Shown here: piece by piece, positions 39,697-51,606 of the stretch | Layout: each line of letters starts with the position of its first letter | Numbering within the stretch: position 1 is the first letter of the stretch | Assembly (NCBI GenBank): GCA_963664325.2 | Contig: CAXXDQ010000002.1 | Span: forward strand, 239,250-303,249 | DNA: 64,000 bases | From: Desulfomonilia bacterium | GTDB lineage: Bacteria > Desulfobacterota > Desulfomonilia > UBA1062 | Direction of reading: 5' to 3' | Notes under the pieces: generated by a model | The model's database searches: none | What the model was told of the DNA's origin: nothing | The model's input: the letters and a program-made list of their open reading frames with translations, nothing else | Program-made: the position numbers and the translations under genes

Positions 39697-40710
39697 ATGA
39701 CAGAACCTGCGGCGGCAAATAATCCATATGATAATCCCGAGATTCTCCTTTCAATAGAAGGCCTGCATACTTATTTCTTTACTCCCGAAGGCACAGTAAA
39801 AGCGGTTGACGGGGTCAGCCTTGACCTCAAGAAATGCAGCACGCTCGGGATTGTCGGCGAAAGCGGCTGCGGTAAGACCATGCTCGCATTGTCCATTCTC
39901 AGGCTTGTGCCGGCACCCGGTAAAATCACGGGCGGCGCGGTCTTCTTTAATGGTAAGGACCTTCTTAAGCTTGCTGAAAAAGAGATGCGCAATATCCGGG
40001 GGGATCGCATTTCAATGATATTCCAGGAGCCTGTGACCTCTCTCAATCCGGTTTTCACAATCGGCTCGCAGATAGCGGAGGTGGTGCTCCTTCACCAGAA
40101 GGCCCGTGCCTCGAACAAAAAGCAGGCCCTTGAAATTGCCGCCCGCATGCTCGGTCTTGTAGGCATTGAGGACCCTGTTAAGAGGATCAGAGAGTATCCG
40201 CATCAGTTGAGCGGCGGCATGTGCCAGCGCGTCATGATAGCAATGGCCCTTGCTTGCAGGCCCGAACTGCTGATAGCCGACGAGCCGACAACGGCTTTGG
40301 ACGTGACCACCCAGGCACAGGTTCTTGATCTCATGGATAAGCTCAAGGAGGAGCTGGGAACATCCGTCATGTTCGTCACCCATGACCTGGGCATTGTCGG
40401 CCAGATCTGCCAGGATGTGGCCGTCATGTATACGGGCAGGGTGGTGGAGTACGGTGATGTGGACATGATATTCAATGAACCGCTTCATCCTTATACGATA
40501 GGGCTGATGAAATCCGTGCCCGTCGCCGGTGATTCGGCCAGGGGAAAAAGGCTCTCTGCCATTCCCGGGACGGTCCCCGGTCTGATCGATATGCCGCAGG
40601 GGTGCAGCTTTATAACCCGGTGCAGCATGAAGATGGGAAAATGCAATATCGAACCGCCAGAGATTACTGTTGAAAACGGCCGCAGGCTCAGGTGCTGGAG
40701 GTATGTTTGA
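39697..40710 (+). CDS. Peptide ABC transporter ATPase (OppD/DppD-like)
   Basis: [30 protein letters not shown]-terminal Cys cluster. Confidence 0.9.
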   Translation: MTEPAAANNPYDNPEILLSIEGLHTYFFTPEGTVKAVDGVSLDLKKCSTLGIVGESGCGKTMLALSILRLVPAPGKITGGAVFFNGKDLLKLAEKEMRNIRGDRISMIFQEPVTSLNPVFTIGSQIAEVVLLHQKARASNKKQALEIAARMLGLVGIEDPVKRIREYPHQLSGGMCQRVMIAMALACRPELLIADEPTTALDVTTQAQVLDLMDKLKEELGTSVMFVTHDLGIVGQICQDVAVMYTGRVVEYGDVDMIFNEPLHPYTIGLMKSVPVAGDSARGKRLSAIPGTVPGLIDMPQGCSFITRCSMKMGKCNIEPPEITVENGRRLRCWRYV

Positions 40711-41651
40711 ATAAGCCTCTGCTCAGCGTTAGTAACCTTAAAAAGTCATACTCGATAAGCGCCGGCCTTTTCAAAACCTCGGGCGTGGTAAAGGCGGTGG
40801 ACGGAGTCGGCCTTGAGCTCTATCCCAATGAAACGCTCGGTCTTGTCGGCGAGAGCGGATGCGGCAAATCCACCCTTGCAAGGCTGATACTGCTGCTTGA
40901 GAGGCCCGACAGCGGGCAAATAATATTTTCCGGCAAGGACGCCCTGGCCGCCGGTAAGCAGGAGCTCAGGAATATAAGAAGGAATATGCAGGTGATATTT
41001 CAGGACCCGGCAGGCTCGCTCAATCCGCGCAAAAGGGTCCTTTCGATTATAGAAGAGCCCATGCGCATACACAGGATGCTGCCGGTACCCGAGATCAGAA
41101 ACCGGGCATTCTCGCTTATGGAGATGGTGGGCCTCGGACGGCAGATGGCCGATCGCTACCCGCATGAGTTTTCAGGCGGACAGCGCCAGAGGATATGCAT
41201 AGCTCGCGCCCTGGCGATTAACCCCGAACTGGTAATATGCGATGAACCGGTAAGCTCCCTTGACGTGTCCATCCAGGCTCAGGTCCTCAACCTGCTTACC
41301 GACCTGAAGGAGCGGATGGGTCTTTCCTACCTGTTTATCTCCCATAACCTGTCCGTCGTGGGGTATCTCTCAGACAGAGTGGCCGTAATGTACATGGGGA
41401 AGATTATCGAGCTGTCTTCGGCCGGGGATATTTTTGATAGGCCCCTTCATCCTTACACCCGCCGCCTGCTCGATGCCGTGCCTTCCATAAGAAACAGGGG
41501 CAAAAGATTTGTCATAAGGGATGAGGCGCTTAAGATGCCGTCAGGCTGCGATTTTTTTTCGGGATGCCCGGACGCTTTGGAACGCTGCAGGGATGAAAAA
41601 CCTGTTTTCGTTGAGAAGTTTCCCGGTCACCGCGTTTCATGCTTTTTATAG
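40707..41651 (+). CDS. Peptide ABC transporter ATPase (OppF/DppF-like; TTG start)
   Basis: GESGCGKS, YPHEFSGGQRQR; GGAGG SD before TTG 40707, which overlaps the upstream TGA. Confidence 0.9.
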   Translation: MNKPLLSVSNLKKSYSISAGLFKTSGVVKAVDGVGLELYPNETLGLVGESGCGKSTLARLILLLERPDSGQIIFSGKDALAAGKQELRNIRRNMQVIFQDPAGSLNPRKRVLSIIEEPMRIHRMLPVPEIRNRAFSLMEMVGLGRQMADRYPHEFSGGQRQRICIARALAINPELVICDEPVSSLDVSIQAQVLNLLTDLKERMGLSYLFISHNLSVVGYLSDRVAVMYMGKIIELSSAGDIFDRPLHPYTRRLLDAVPSIRNRGKRFVIRDEALKMPSGCDFFSGCPDALERCRDEKPVFVEKFPGHRVSCFL

Positions 41652-41714
41652 CTGAAAGAGTGTTCAATCCTCATTTTATATCTGTGCCGGCCGGGGAAAG
41701 AGGGCTTACGGGTT

Positions 41715-41957
41715 TTAAATAATCGCCGCCCTTTTGTCCATGTCGCGCTTTTTTTCCTGCAAAAGGAACAGGACTTCGGCAGATGTGGACCTGACATGGG
41801 CAAAGATGTTCTCCTGCGGTTTGAGCCTGCCTTCCGCCGACCTCCTGATAATGCCTTTGTTGTTTTCAACGGATGCAAATACGGCCTGGAGTCCCATCCT
41901 GGCGTTGGCGTCCCTTATGACAATCTTTATAACAGGAAGATCGTGTCTGGTTTGCAT
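41715..41957 (-). CDS. Small hypothetical protein
   Basis: 80 aa ORF with a GGAGG SD, directly downstream of the carB-like gene. Confidence 0.45.
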   Translation of the reverse strand: MQTRHDLPVIKIVIRDANARMGLQAVFASVENNKGIIRRSAEGRLKPQENIFAHVRSTSAEVLFLLQEKKRDMDKRAAII

Positions 41958-41993
41958 AAATCCTCCGGTGCGGTTTGTTTGAACAGGGAATCG

Positions 41994-44897
41994 TTATCCA
42001 TTAAGGGGCTTCAATGGTTCCGATGCGTTTCTCGAAGCCTCGATACCCATGACTGCGGCGACGCCGCCTGCGATTGTCGTGACATAAGGCACCTTGTAGG
42101 CGATGGCGGCTTTTCTGATATATGAATCATCATGCCTGGACAGCCTGCCGCTTGGCGTATTTATTATAAGGCTGTATTCGCCGTTCTTGATGTCATCGAC
42201 AATATTCGGCCTTCCTTCATAGACTTTCAGCACGACCTCGGCATCGATGCCGTTTTCATTAAGGTACCCGGCAGTGCCTTTGGTTGCACAGATCCCGAAG
42301 CCAAGCGCTTTAAGCCTTTTCGCCGCATCCAGCAGTTTAGGCCTGTCGTTCCTGGAAACGGTAATCAGCACCTTTCCTTTGTCGGGAAGGCTGAAGCCGG
42401 AGGCCTCGATGGCCCTTGAGAAGGCCAGCCCGAAATTATCGGCAATGCCGAGGGACTGCCCCGTCGAACGCATTTCCGGGCCCAACAGAGGGTCGGCACC
42501 GGTAAATACGTCAAAAGAGAATACTGCCTCCCTTACCCCGTAATGTTTTAGCTCGGGTTCGGTAATACCCATATCCCTGATCTTCATCCCGAACATGGCC
42601 TTGACGGCGTATTCCACCATCGGAACGCCGGTAACCTTCGAAACGAGCGGGACCGTTCTGGAGGCCCTCAGGGATATGCCGAGGCAGTACACATTGCCTT
42701 CATGAACTGCGAACTGGGCGTTCATGAATCCAGTCGCGCCCAGGTGGCGTACGATGCGCGATACGTTCTCGCGGATTTCAGCGATATTCTTTTTTGAGAT
42801 ATTGAGGGGAGGCACGACACAGGCGGCATCCCCGGTATGGATTCCTGCATGTTCGACATGTTCGACTATTGCAGGAATGAATGCGTCCGCTCCGTCGCAG
42901 ACTGCATCAACCTGGGCCATGAAGCCGCCTTCAAGGAATTTTTCGACATATACCGGGAAAACCGCATCCTGGAGATATTTTTCCAGCGTCTCCATGTCAT
43001 TGGCTATCACATTCGAACGGCCGTCAGGGGTCTCAGTTTCAGGCAGGATAATTACGGGAAAGCCGATATGTTCTGCAGATGATTTCGCTTCATCGGCGTT
43101 TAGGGCTGAATCGGCATGCGGAACTGCTATTTTTACCTCTTTTGCAATCGCTGCAAGCCCCTTCCTGCTCTCAGCCCATGTGGCCTTTTCAGGGGGCGTC
43201 CCGTAAATATTCATTCCGGCGGCTCCAAGCCTTGCTGCAAGCGCCTGTGCATTTACGCCGCCGGTCTGGCAGATTATGCCCCGGGGGGAATGCTCAAGAC
43301 AGATTTGTGATATGCTTTCAAAATCAAGCGCGGTGATTATCACATCGATACCGGTACCCGGGATTGATGCAATCCCGTAAGGGTTCGAGTCTGCGGCTTT
43401 CACGTCAATACCAAGAGATTTAACGGCAGCTGCAGCTTCGAAGCTCATGGCCGAGAGTTCCTGGCCTTCGCCTATCCTTGCCGGACCGCTGCATATGATA
43501 ATAACAGGACCGTCATCCGATGTGGCCATCTGTTTAACTTTTCCTCCGGAGACAGCGGCGGCCGGGTCATTCATCCGCTCAATGTAGAACTGCTTGATTT
43601 TTGCCAGTTCGGAAATATCGGCAGCGGCAGCCTCCTTTTCAAGCAGTCGCCTGATTATCGCCAGCCTGCCGCCGACAGGCTCCGAAAGCAGGCAAAAAAG
43701 TTCATCCCGTTCAAGGCCCGCATAGCTCTTGTCTGAACGGCTGATTTGAGATTTCAGGGCTTTTTGAAAGGCCTCGCTGAAGTTCTGTCCTATGCCTATG
43801 GAAGCGCCTGTAGACTGCATTATTGTATTAAGCCTGCCGTCCGCACCTTCAAACTTGTCGAACTGGAAAACGGGTATCCTTACGGCTGTTGCTTTCGTTC
43901 CGGGTATTACATCAAGGCCCTGTTCTTTGAGAGTCATGCCGGCGGCACACTTGGCGGCAGATTCTGCAAGATTGATCCCCGTTGCGGCTGCGGCAAAGGC
44001 TGTCGAGCGCGAATAGCGGGGATTGACCTCGAGCACGAGCAGTCTTTCAGTCTGCCTGTCATAGCCGAACTGTATGTTTGCGGTTCCTCTTATGCCCAGT
44101 TCCCCGGCAATAACCGACGAGATATCACCCATCGTCTCCTGAAGGCCTTTATCAACAGTCTGCATGGGGATCACTGCAACCGCATCACCGGAATGTATTC
44201 CCATCTGGTCAAGGTTTTCCCTGAAGGCGGCCGTAACCGCATTACCTTTCCTGTCGCTCAGGACTTCGGTCTCAAGCTTGTCCCAGCCGAAAAGTGATTC
44301 CTCTATCATGACGGGTGAGGATGACCCTGTTATGCTTCCGGCAATCACCCTCAGATCCTCGACGTTATATACGAGAGATGTCCTGCCGGCGCCTGTGACT
44401 GCAGGCCTTACAACGACAGGATAGCCGAAGGCGGAGGCGTTTCTTTCAGCCTCGTCAATGCTCAGGGCAAGCGTTGATTTCGGCATATGTATGCCCAGTT
44501 TTGAAAGCCTTTCCTTAAGCAGCATCCTGTCTCCGGCGGTTTTTATCGTATCGATATCGAGCCCCATTATCTCAACGCCGTTAAGGGTTCCTGACGAATA
44601 AAGCCCTAAGACAAGCGAGAGCGCATGTTTGCCCCCGAATGTCGGCAGAAGGAATTCCGGTTTTTCCGTCCTGAGAATATCGGTAACGGATTTGGCTGTA
44701 ATCGGCGCAACATATGTCCGTGCCGAATAAGTCAATAATCCGGCCGGATTAGCATCGATGGCCAGAACGTCGAATCCTGACTTTTTCAGTATGGCTGCAG
44801 CGGCGGCGGCCGCAAAATCCAGTTCGCCGCCGTGTCCTATCCTTACCGGGCCGGGACCGATTATCAGCACTTTGCCCATATCTTTTTTTAAAGGCAT
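41994..44897 (-). CDS. carB: Carbamoyl-phosphate synthase large subunit-like protein, shortened and divergent
   Basis: Duplicated ATP-grasp halves (GIHSGD / GIHTGD; EVNPR / RASRTVP), LGPEMRSTG, intact MGS domain (ATKGTA..L, IINTP, IRKAA); only 967 aa. Confidence 0.8.
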   Translation of the reverse strand: MPLKKDMGKVLIIGPGPVRIGHGGELDFAAAAAAAILKKSGFDVLAIDANPAGLLTYSARTYVAPITAKSVTDILRTEKPEFLLPTFGGKHALSLVLGLYSSGTLNGVEIMGLDIDTIKTAGDRMLLKERLSKLGIHMPKSTLALSIDEAERNASAFGYPVVVRPAVTGAGRTSLVYNVEDLRVIAGSITGSSSPVMIEESLFGWDKLETEVLSDRKGNAVTAAFRENLDQMGIHSGDAVAVIPMQTVDKGLQETMGDISSVIAGELGIRGTANIQFGYDRQTERLLVLEVNPRYSRSTAFAAAATGINLAESAAKCAAGMTLKEQGLDVIPGTKATAVRIPVFQFDKFEGADGRLNTIMQSTGASIGIGQNFSEAFQKALKSQISRSDKSYAGLERDELFCLLSEPVGGRLAIIRRLLEKEAAAADISELAKIKQFYIERMNDPAAAVSGGKVKQMATSDDGPVIIICSGPARIGEGQELSAMSFEAAAAVKSLGIDVKAADSNPYGIASIPGTGIDVIITALDFESISQICLEHSPRGIICQTGGVNAQALAARLGAAGMNIYGTPPEKATWAESRKGLAAIAKEVKIAVPHADSALNADEAKSSAEHIGFPVIILPETETPDGRSNVIANDMETLEKYLQDAVFPVYVEKFLEGGFMAQVDAVCDGADAFIPAIVEHVEHAGIHTGDAACVVPPLNISKKNIAEIRENVSRIVRHLGATGFMNAQFAVHEGNVYCLGISLRASRTVPLVSKVTGVPMVEYAVKAMFGMKIRDMGITEPELKHYGVREAVFSFDVFTGADPLLGPEMRSTGQSLGIADNFGLAFSRAIEASGFSLPDKGKVLITVSRNDRPKLLDAAKRLKALGFGICATKGTAGYLNENGIDAEVVLKVYEGRPNIVDDIKNGEYSLIINTPSGRLSRHDDSYIRKAAIAYKVPYVTTIAGGVAAVMGIEASRNASEPLKPLNG

Positions 44898-44981
44898 AAA
44901 AACCCCTCGGGTATTTTGAAAAGAAGGCCGAATCTTAAATGAGGCGGGTGTTCATAGTCAAGGAATAACATGAAAGTTTTC

Positions 44982-45016
44982 AACGGCAGCCCCCGATGCA
45001 GGGGGGCCGCCGTTTT
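44982..45016 (-). terminator. Hairpin downstream of gap (probable terminator)
   Basis: AACGGCAGCCCCC-GATGCAG-GGGGGCCGCCGTT. Confidence 0.6.
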
Positions 45017-45024
45017 GTATGAAG

Positions 45025-46615
<1,591 letters not shown>

Positions 46616-46783
46616 ACACACCTCCCATTTGCGGTATTTCTTAAACAGCTTTTTAGGACTGTTCTGCAACTTCTAATAATAACTGCAATCCATACGTCAA
46701 GGGCAAACTTCCCGGTTGAAAGATTAAAATAGTATTCGGCAAGAAAAGAGATAATCTGAAAGGATATTTTAAAAATATGCGGC

Positions 46784-46820
46784 TTGCATATAATTAATGC
46801 GGATTGTATGTTCTTTTTTA
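46784..46820 (+). promoter_or_regulatory. Sigma70 promoter, leaderless bepA-like transcript
   Basis: TTGCAT (46784)-17 nt-TATGTT (46807)-7 nt-ATG (46820); no SD. Confidence 0.55.
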
Positions 46821-48118
46821 TGAGAAAAACCCTGATCATACTTGCCGTTTTTATTGTATGGGCCTCGAGTGTTTCTGCTGTTGGCTATGAGCAGGAGCGC
46901 GAGATATCCAGGGATGTGGACGCATATCTTGAGGCGGAAGGCTATATACTCCATGATTCCGAGGCGGCATGGATAGTTCAGTCCCTTGCAGACCAGTTGT
47001 CCGATCATATAAAAGACCGCATCTACAATATCAAAGTCCAGATTGTTAAAGATCCTTCCATAAATGCGTTTGCCATAACTGACGGTCATATCTATATCAA
47101 TTCCGGTACGCTCATCTTTGCTAAAGACATGGACGAACTTGCCGCAGTACTCGCCCATGAAATGGGCCATTGCCAGTTGAGGCATATCCCGAATTCCATG
47201 GATAATCAGACCAAGCTTACCGCTGCATCCGTTGTGGGAGTCATCCTGGGCGCCATTGTGACAGCTGCGAACCCGGCTGTGGGAAGCGCCATACTCTTAT
47301 CATCAGTAGGCGGCGCGCAGAACATGAGCCTGGCCTATACGAGGATGCAGGAGGCCGAGGCCGATTCGTTCGCCATAAGGCTCTTGAAGGAGTCGAATAT
47401 GGACCCGTCGGCAATGGGACGGTTCCTTATAAGGCTCAGAACCTATACGGACACATCCAATATACCGCAGTACATGCTGACGCACCCGTACACGCAGGAC
47501 AGGATTGCGGCAATCGGGGAAAACCCGACGGAACCCAAGCCTGACACCAGATACTGGCTGCTTTATTCAACTGTAACCGGCGGCCTTATGAATGACAAGG
47601 AGATAAAGCTCCGTTCGGCCGGAATGCCTGAAATGTATCTCAATCTGGCCCTTGGCATCTCAAACGCAAGAAACGGAAAATTCAAGGAGTCGCTCTCGGA
47701 ACTCAAGGATAACGAGCTGCCTCAGGCCAGGGGCTGGATAGGGATCGATTATTATTACCTGAATGAAAAGGAAAAGGCCTATCCTTATCTGAAGTCTGAC
47801 CTCAAGAATCCCGTTGCGGTAAACGCCCTGGCGGACATAATGATGGATAAAGGACAGTATGACGAGGCCATAGTGATCCTGCTGCCTTTCTCCTCCCAGA
47901 GCCCCCGTGCCGCATACACCCTAGGGGTGCTGTACGAGAAGAAAGGCAAAGACGGGCTTTCTCATTTTTCTTTTGCCAAATATTTTCTGTCAACGCGCAA
48001 CCTGGCTGCATGCATGCACCATATAAATATTGCACTCGCGGACAAGACGCTTGATGAAGATACAAGGAACCAGATAAAGTCGATGAAGGATACGGTCTCC
48101 AAACTCCAGAAATCCTAG
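46820..48118 (+). CDS. M48 family metalloprotease with TPR-like C-terminus (BepA/YfgC-like)
   Basis: Signal peptide, INAFA, HEMGH, YTRMQEAEAD, LTHP. Confidence 0.88.
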   Translation: MRKTLIILAVFIVWASSVSAVGYEQEREISRDVDAYLEAEGYILHDSEAAWIVQSLADQLSDHIKDRIYNIKVQIVKDPSINAFAITDGHIYINSGTLIFAKDMDELAAVLAHEMGHCQLRHIPNSMDNQTKLTAASVVGVILGAIVTAANPAVGSAILLSSVGGAQNMSLAYTRMQEAEADSFAIRLLKESNMDPSAMGRFLIRLRTYTDTSNIPQYMLTHPYTQDRIAAIGENPTEPKPDTRYWLLYSTVTGGLMNDKEIKLRSAGMPEMYLNLALGISNARNGKFKESLSELKDNELPQARGWIGIDYYYLNEKEKAYPYLKSDLKNPVAVNALADIMMDKGQYDEAIVILLPFSSQSPRAAYTLGVLYEKKGKDGLSHFSFAKYFLSTRNLAACMHHINIALADKTLDEDTRNQIKSMKDTVSKLQKS

Positions 48119-49851
48119 CTCAACTCCTGTCTCAGGATAGCCCTGATCTTGGCCACCTCGAAGGTTTCCGCTGCGCCGCTGTCTTCGTTTATCGCTTCCA
48201 TAAAACCTGCTCCCGAGCGGATGTAAATATTTATAGGACTGATCCTGTGTGCCGAGGACTCTCCGTACCCCTTTTTCGGATAGAAGATTATAATATCCCG
48301 GCCTTCATTGATAACATTCTCAAGCATTTCTATGCCCTTGTTGCCGTAAGGGAGAGGAATGACCATGCCGTAGGGATATAATCCGCCCCTGGCGAACGAC
48401 TGTCTCGGCTGCTTGACGGGTTTTATCGGCAGCAGCCTTCCCCATGCCGGCTCTGAATCATCGGGCTGTTTCTCATGTTCGACAAGGACTCCCCTCTTTT
48501 CAAGCAGCGCCCCCATTTCTCTTTCATAGTTTTCAGGAATCCTGAATATTCCCGGCTGCAATTCTTCCAGCCCGTGGGGGACCTTGTCCTTGTCCGACGT
48601 CAGCAGGAATGTGCCGCTGATTATGCGGGCACAGGAAATCGTCCCGGTCCATGCCGATATGGTCTTCAGTATATTGTCAGGCATGGTGTGCTGTGAGATT
48701 CTGTCAAGGAAGGCCATGATCTTTTCTGCGGTCCAGGAAAAACCGATGGCCCTCAAAACGGACTGTCTTGTTATACGATAGATGCTCACAACATCGGCCC
48801 TCATGAGTTCGGCAATTTCTCCTATGCTCAGGTGATCAGAGAGATTGAAGTCCTTGGGTACGATTATCTCCATATCGGGCTTGATTATTACCTGGTCTTT
48901 CCATCTGTATGTGCCGGATTCGATTTCGGAACCGTCCATTGCATTGTATATTCTACCGTCGAACCTGAGATATTGTCCGGATACGTCTTCCCTGAAAATC
49001 CCGATTTCGATCCATTCGTTCACGAGCCTCTTCGAGATGTCGAAAATCTCCTCAATGGGCGGCGTTATCCTGGCAAGGCTTATGACAACGATGCGCTCAA
49101 GAACGGATTTAAGGAGAGTCCTGTCGGAAACGACCGTGTATATCTCGCCGTCGATTCCATAAGGCCTGCAGGAATTGATAAAGCGCCACAGTTTATATCT
49201 CAGCTCGCCTTCATTCGCTATTGTTTCGGAGGTCTTTCCAAGGACCATGATCTCACCGCCGGCATCCTTTAAACAGCCCAGGGAGGAGAGCTCCCAGTAG
49301 ATATGCCTGATGTCCATGATCGAATCCAGTTTCTCCTCGAGCTGCGCCCATCCTTTCTTGAAAGGCTCCAGTCCGACCCTGCACTTCAGCTCAAGGGTTT
49401 TCAGGGCATTGATCATCAGGATATGCTTCCATGTTTCAGGTACACGGTCTTCTTTCAACGTCAGGCCGTCTGGAGTCGTGCATTCGATATCTGAGCGAAC
49501 CCTTGAGATCATTGAAGGTAGAAGTATAACAGGGTCCCGGCCGGTAAGGCCGCCCTGAAACACGATGCCCTTTCTACCGAGGCCGGTGAGCACCTCGCGT
49601 GCTTTGTTGATGTCATCCTTATATATCCTGGAAAAAACAATCCAGTCCATTTCTCCGCCGGATACGCAGATATCTGCAATCAGCGCCTTTTCCTGTTGAT
49701 CAAGGCCGTCGTATATGGCGTTAACCCTTGACGGGTCATTAAGGTCCGTTACAAGCCCGGACGCATCGCTTGCATGTCCGAGTATGTTCCGGGAGATCTG
49801 GCCTGCCATGCTTGAAGGTATGCCAGTTATCAGTTCATGTGTTGATGTCAT
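48115..49851 (-). CDS. XPB helicase-associated domain protein with a WYL-like C-terminus
   Basis: VIIKPDMEIIVP...YRITRQSV.RA...P.NI (Helicase_C_3-like); C-terminus Y...RISP.......MEA.......ETFEVAKI; overlaps the XPB gene. Confidence 0.72.
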   Translation of the reverse strand: MTSTHELITGIPSSMAGQISRNILGHASDASGLVTDLNDPSRVNAIYDGLDQQEKALIADICVSGGEMDWIVFSRIYKDDINKAREVLTGLGRKGIVFQGGLTGRDPVILLPSMISRVRSDIECTTPDGLTLKEDRVPETWKHILMINALKTLELKCRVGLEPFKKGWAQLEEKLDSIMDIRHIYWELSSLGCLKDAGGEIMVLGKTSETIANEGELRYKLWRFINSCRPYGIDGEIYTVVSDRTLLKSVLERIVVISLARITPPIEEIFDISKRLVNEWIEIGIFREDVSGQYLRFDGRIYNAMDGSEIESGTYRWKDQVIIKPDMEIIVPKDFNLSDHLSIGEIAELMRADVVSIYRITRQSVLRAIGFSWTAEKIMAFLDRISQHTMPDNILKTISAWTGTISCARIISGTFLLTSDKDKVPHGLEELQPGIFRIPENYEREMGALLEKRGVLVEHEKQPDDSEPAWGRLLPIKPVKQPRQSFARGGLYPYGMVIPLPYGNKGIEMLENVINEGRDIIIFYPKKGYGESSAHRISPINIYIRSGAGFMEAINEDSGAAETFEVAKIRAILRQELS

Positions 49852-51517
49852 CTTCAGTCCATTCCTCTATGCGGTACTTGTAGCCCTGTTCGGCCAGAAA
49901 CACCTGGCGTTTATGGGCGAAATCGTCCTCTGCGGAGTTTGATGTGACAAGGCTGTAAAAACTGGATATGCGTTTTTTCGGTCTCAATATCCTGCCCAGC
50001 CTCTGGGCTTCTTCCTGGCGCGATCCGAAAGTTCCTGAAACCTGTATGGCGACCGATGCATCGGGAAGGTCGATTGCAAAATTGGCAACCCTGGAAACGA
50101 CCATCACAGGCACATTGCCGTTCCTGAACTCCTGATACAGCTCGTCCCTCTTGATATTCGGTGTAGCCCCTGTAATGAGCGGGGCTTTCAGAAATGACGA
50201 CAGCCTTTTAAGCTGCGTCAGATACTGCCCGATTATAAGAACGGGTTCATCGGAGTGCTTCTTTATCAGTTCTTTTACAACATACTCCTTGTAGGGGTTT
50301 TCCGATGCAGTCCTGAACTGGATCCTTTCGCTCTCCGTTATATAGCGCTTTTCCAGGTCCCTGGGCATCGGGAGCCTTATCTCATAGCATATTGCCTCGG
50401 CAATGAAACCCTTTGATTCAAGCTCCTTCCAGGGGACATCATAGCACTTGGGGCCGATAAGGGAGAAAGTATCCTCTTCGAGGCCGTCTTCACGTACCAG
50501 TGTGGCTGTCAGGCCGAGCCGCCTTTTGGCCTGAATCTCGGTGGTAGTCCTGAATACGGGTGCAGGCAGGACGTGAACTTCATCATAGATCAGAAGCCCC
50601 CACTTCTTTGCCATCATGAGGTGCATATGCTCAAAAGGCGAGGTCTTTGACCTCCGGTGGGTGAGGATCTGATATGTGGTTACCGTAACCGGTTTAATGT
50701 CCTTCTTATGGGCCGTATATTCACCCACGTCATCGGGACTGAGGCCGGTCTTGTCCAGTATCTCGCTTATCCACTGATGGACTGCCGCCACATTCGTGCA
50801 CAGTATGAGCGTACATGTATTTGCCTTTTCCATCACGCCCATGCCGACAACCGTCTTGCCGGCTCCGCACGGAAGCACGACAATACCCTGACCGCCCCGG
50901 GCGCTGCCTCCTGCCCAGAAATTATCAACGGCCTCGATCTGATATCGCCTCAGGCTGAAAGCGTCTCCGGTTGATGCAATTTCCTTAAGCGGTATATCGA
51001 GGGGGTCTCCCTGTTCATAGCCTACAAGGTCATTAACGGGAAACCCCAGCTTTATCATCAAGTGCTTGAAACGGCCGCGAACATCTTTGGATATGCTGAA
51101 TCCCCTGCCCGGTAACGCAGATATGATGCATTCCTGTACCAGCTTGCTGGCAAGAAGTCTTTCCAGGATATTCTTTTCTTTTACCTCTACAACAAGTTCA
51201 TCACCTCCGGGTAAAAGCCGTACGGCATCCCACCTGGAGAAGGCGTCCCTTATCCTCGTTTCAACGATTGATGGAATCTCGTAACGTGAATAGAGCGCTA
51301 ATGCAGCCATGACATCTTCGCAGTCTGTTCCTATGGCTGCGGCATTCCAGAGGCTTATCGGCGTTATCCTGTATGTGTGCACATACTCCGGTGATTTAAC
51401 CAGCTCCGCAAAGGGAAGAATGGCGTCACGTGCGTCCTCATAGGCGTCATTCTGCACCTCGAGCAGGATACTGCCGTCGCTCTGAACTATGACTGGTTTA
51501 TTATCAGCTAATGACAT
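49835..51517 (-). CDS. Bacterial XPB/Rad25 (Ssl2) DNA helicase
   Basis: LVKSPEYVHTYRITP.SLWNA, LPCGAGKT, DEVH, TATLVREDG (RED motif), QRLGRILRPK. Confidence 0.93.
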   Translation of the reverse strand: MSLADNKPVIVQSDGSILLEVQNDAYEDARDAILPFAELVKSPEYVHTYRITPISLWNAAAIGTDCEDVMAALALYSRYEIPSIVETRIRDAFSRWDAVRLLPGGDELVVEVKEKNILERLLASKLVQECIISALPGRGFSISKDVRGRFKHLMIKLGFPVNDLVGYEQGDPLDIPLKEIASTGDAFSLRRYQIEAVDNFWAGGSARGGQGIVVLPCGAGKTVVGMGVMEKANTCTLILCTNVAAVHQWISEILDKTGLSPDDVGEYTAHKKDIKPVTVTTYQILTHRRSKTSPFEHMHLMMAKKWGLLIYDEVHVLPAPVFRTTTEIQAKRRLGLTATLVREDGLEEDTFSLIGPKCYDVPWKELESKGFIAEAICYEIRLPMPRDLEKRYITESERIQFRTASENPYKEYVVKELIKKHSDEPVLIIGQYLTQLKRLSSFLKAPLITGATPNIKRDELYQEFRNGNVPVMVVSRVANFAIDLPDASVAIQVSGTFGSRQEEAQRLGRILRPKKRISSFYSLVTSNSAEDDFAHKRQVFLAEQGYKYRIEEWTEDDINT

Positions 51518-51606
51518 TTGAATCTTACTAAAATCTCACAGGTAACGTGAAAACGCAACGGGCAAAAATTTACACATCTTTTGTATTCAATAAAAAAGTT
51601 ATGATG

